From an uncultured Chloroflexaceae bacterium (GTDB lineage Bacteria > Chloroflexota > Chloroflexia > Chloroflexales > Chloroflexaceae), in contig CAZNQP010000007.1 of the NCBI GenBank assembly GCA_964575355.1, forward strand, positions 5,038 through 69,037: a stretch of DNA of 64,000 nt, given 5' to 3'. The notes beneath the pieces are model-generated. The model was not told the origin of the DNA. It worked only from the letters and a program-made list of their open reading frames with translations, and made no database searches. The position numbers and the translations under genes are program-made. Position 1 is the stretch's first letter; each line of letters starts with the position of its first letter. This document shows positions 63,907 through 64,000 of this stretch, piece by piece.

Positions 63907-64000
63907 AGCAGTACAAACAGCTCGTATGACAGGCTACGGGCAATCTGCGGCACTGATGGGTGGCAACCCCACCCCGGTGCAGAACCATTGGGTAGCGGAT

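Overview
G+C-rich bacterial chromosome segment (roughly 60-65% G+C, estimated by eye). It is densely coded and looks like core genome rather than an accessory island. Protein sequences suggest a Chloroflexota, probably Chloroflexales-like, organism: the LDH-like malate dehydrogenase closely matches my memory of Chloroflexus MDH, and there is a CrtI-family desaturase plus MreBCD/PBP2/MinCDE. This taxonomic call is recollection, not a search result.

Layout:
- 1-12.6 kb: spc/alpha ribosomal superoperon (S17 to L15, secY, adk, infA, L36, S13, S11, S4, rpoA, L17, truA, L13, S9).
- 12.7-16.1 kb: rsmD, coaD, a coiled-coil ORF, yceD-like gene, L32, fabH.
- 16.1-16.65 kb: an unusual 522-bp non-coding spacer.
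- 16.6-23.7 kb (minus strand): CrtI-like oxidoreductase, a two-gene CpaF-like ATPase + AAA+ ATPase operon, a RluA-family synthase, pncB.
- 23.9-30.7 kb: radA, PIN/TRAM protein, dtd, an RsbT-like/RsbX-like pair, and a 922-aa GAF/PAS histidine kinase.
- 30.7-39.2 kb: rsmA, a membrane GAF histidine kinase, mdh, a NarL-type regulator, IMPase, a DinB-family protein, an aminotransferase, a heptose-kinase-like PfkB protein.
- 39.2-45 kb: a STAS + two small GHKL proteins module, an M23 peptidase, a quinone oxidoreductase, a GT2 glycosyltransferase.
- 45-53 kb: mreBCD, PBP2, minCDE, era.
- 53-64 kb: an active Ser/Thr kinase, a 2-hydroxyacid dehydrogenase, a pseudokinase fused to a DnaJ-type zinc finger, a sirtuin, an S41 peptidase, rsmE, manA, a small tail-anchored protein, an aminotransferase.

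I found no rRNA, tRNA, CRISPR array, transposase, integrase or recognisable defence island.

Most interesting for follow-up:
1. The inverted-repeat-closed ~470-nt non-coding element at 16.14-16.61 kb.
2. The orphan CpaF + AAA+ operon.
3. The RsbT/RsbX pair without RsbR/RsbS, wired to a histidine kinase.
4. The pseudokinase-zinc-finger-tail-anchor protein.
5. The repeat-encoded acidic tails on L30 and RpoA.
6. A recurring pattern of short perfect tandem duplications and palindromes at promoters.

Limits: gene starts were chosen from SD motifs and homology memory. Promoters and terminators are consensus or hairpin calls only. Nothing here was checked against a database.
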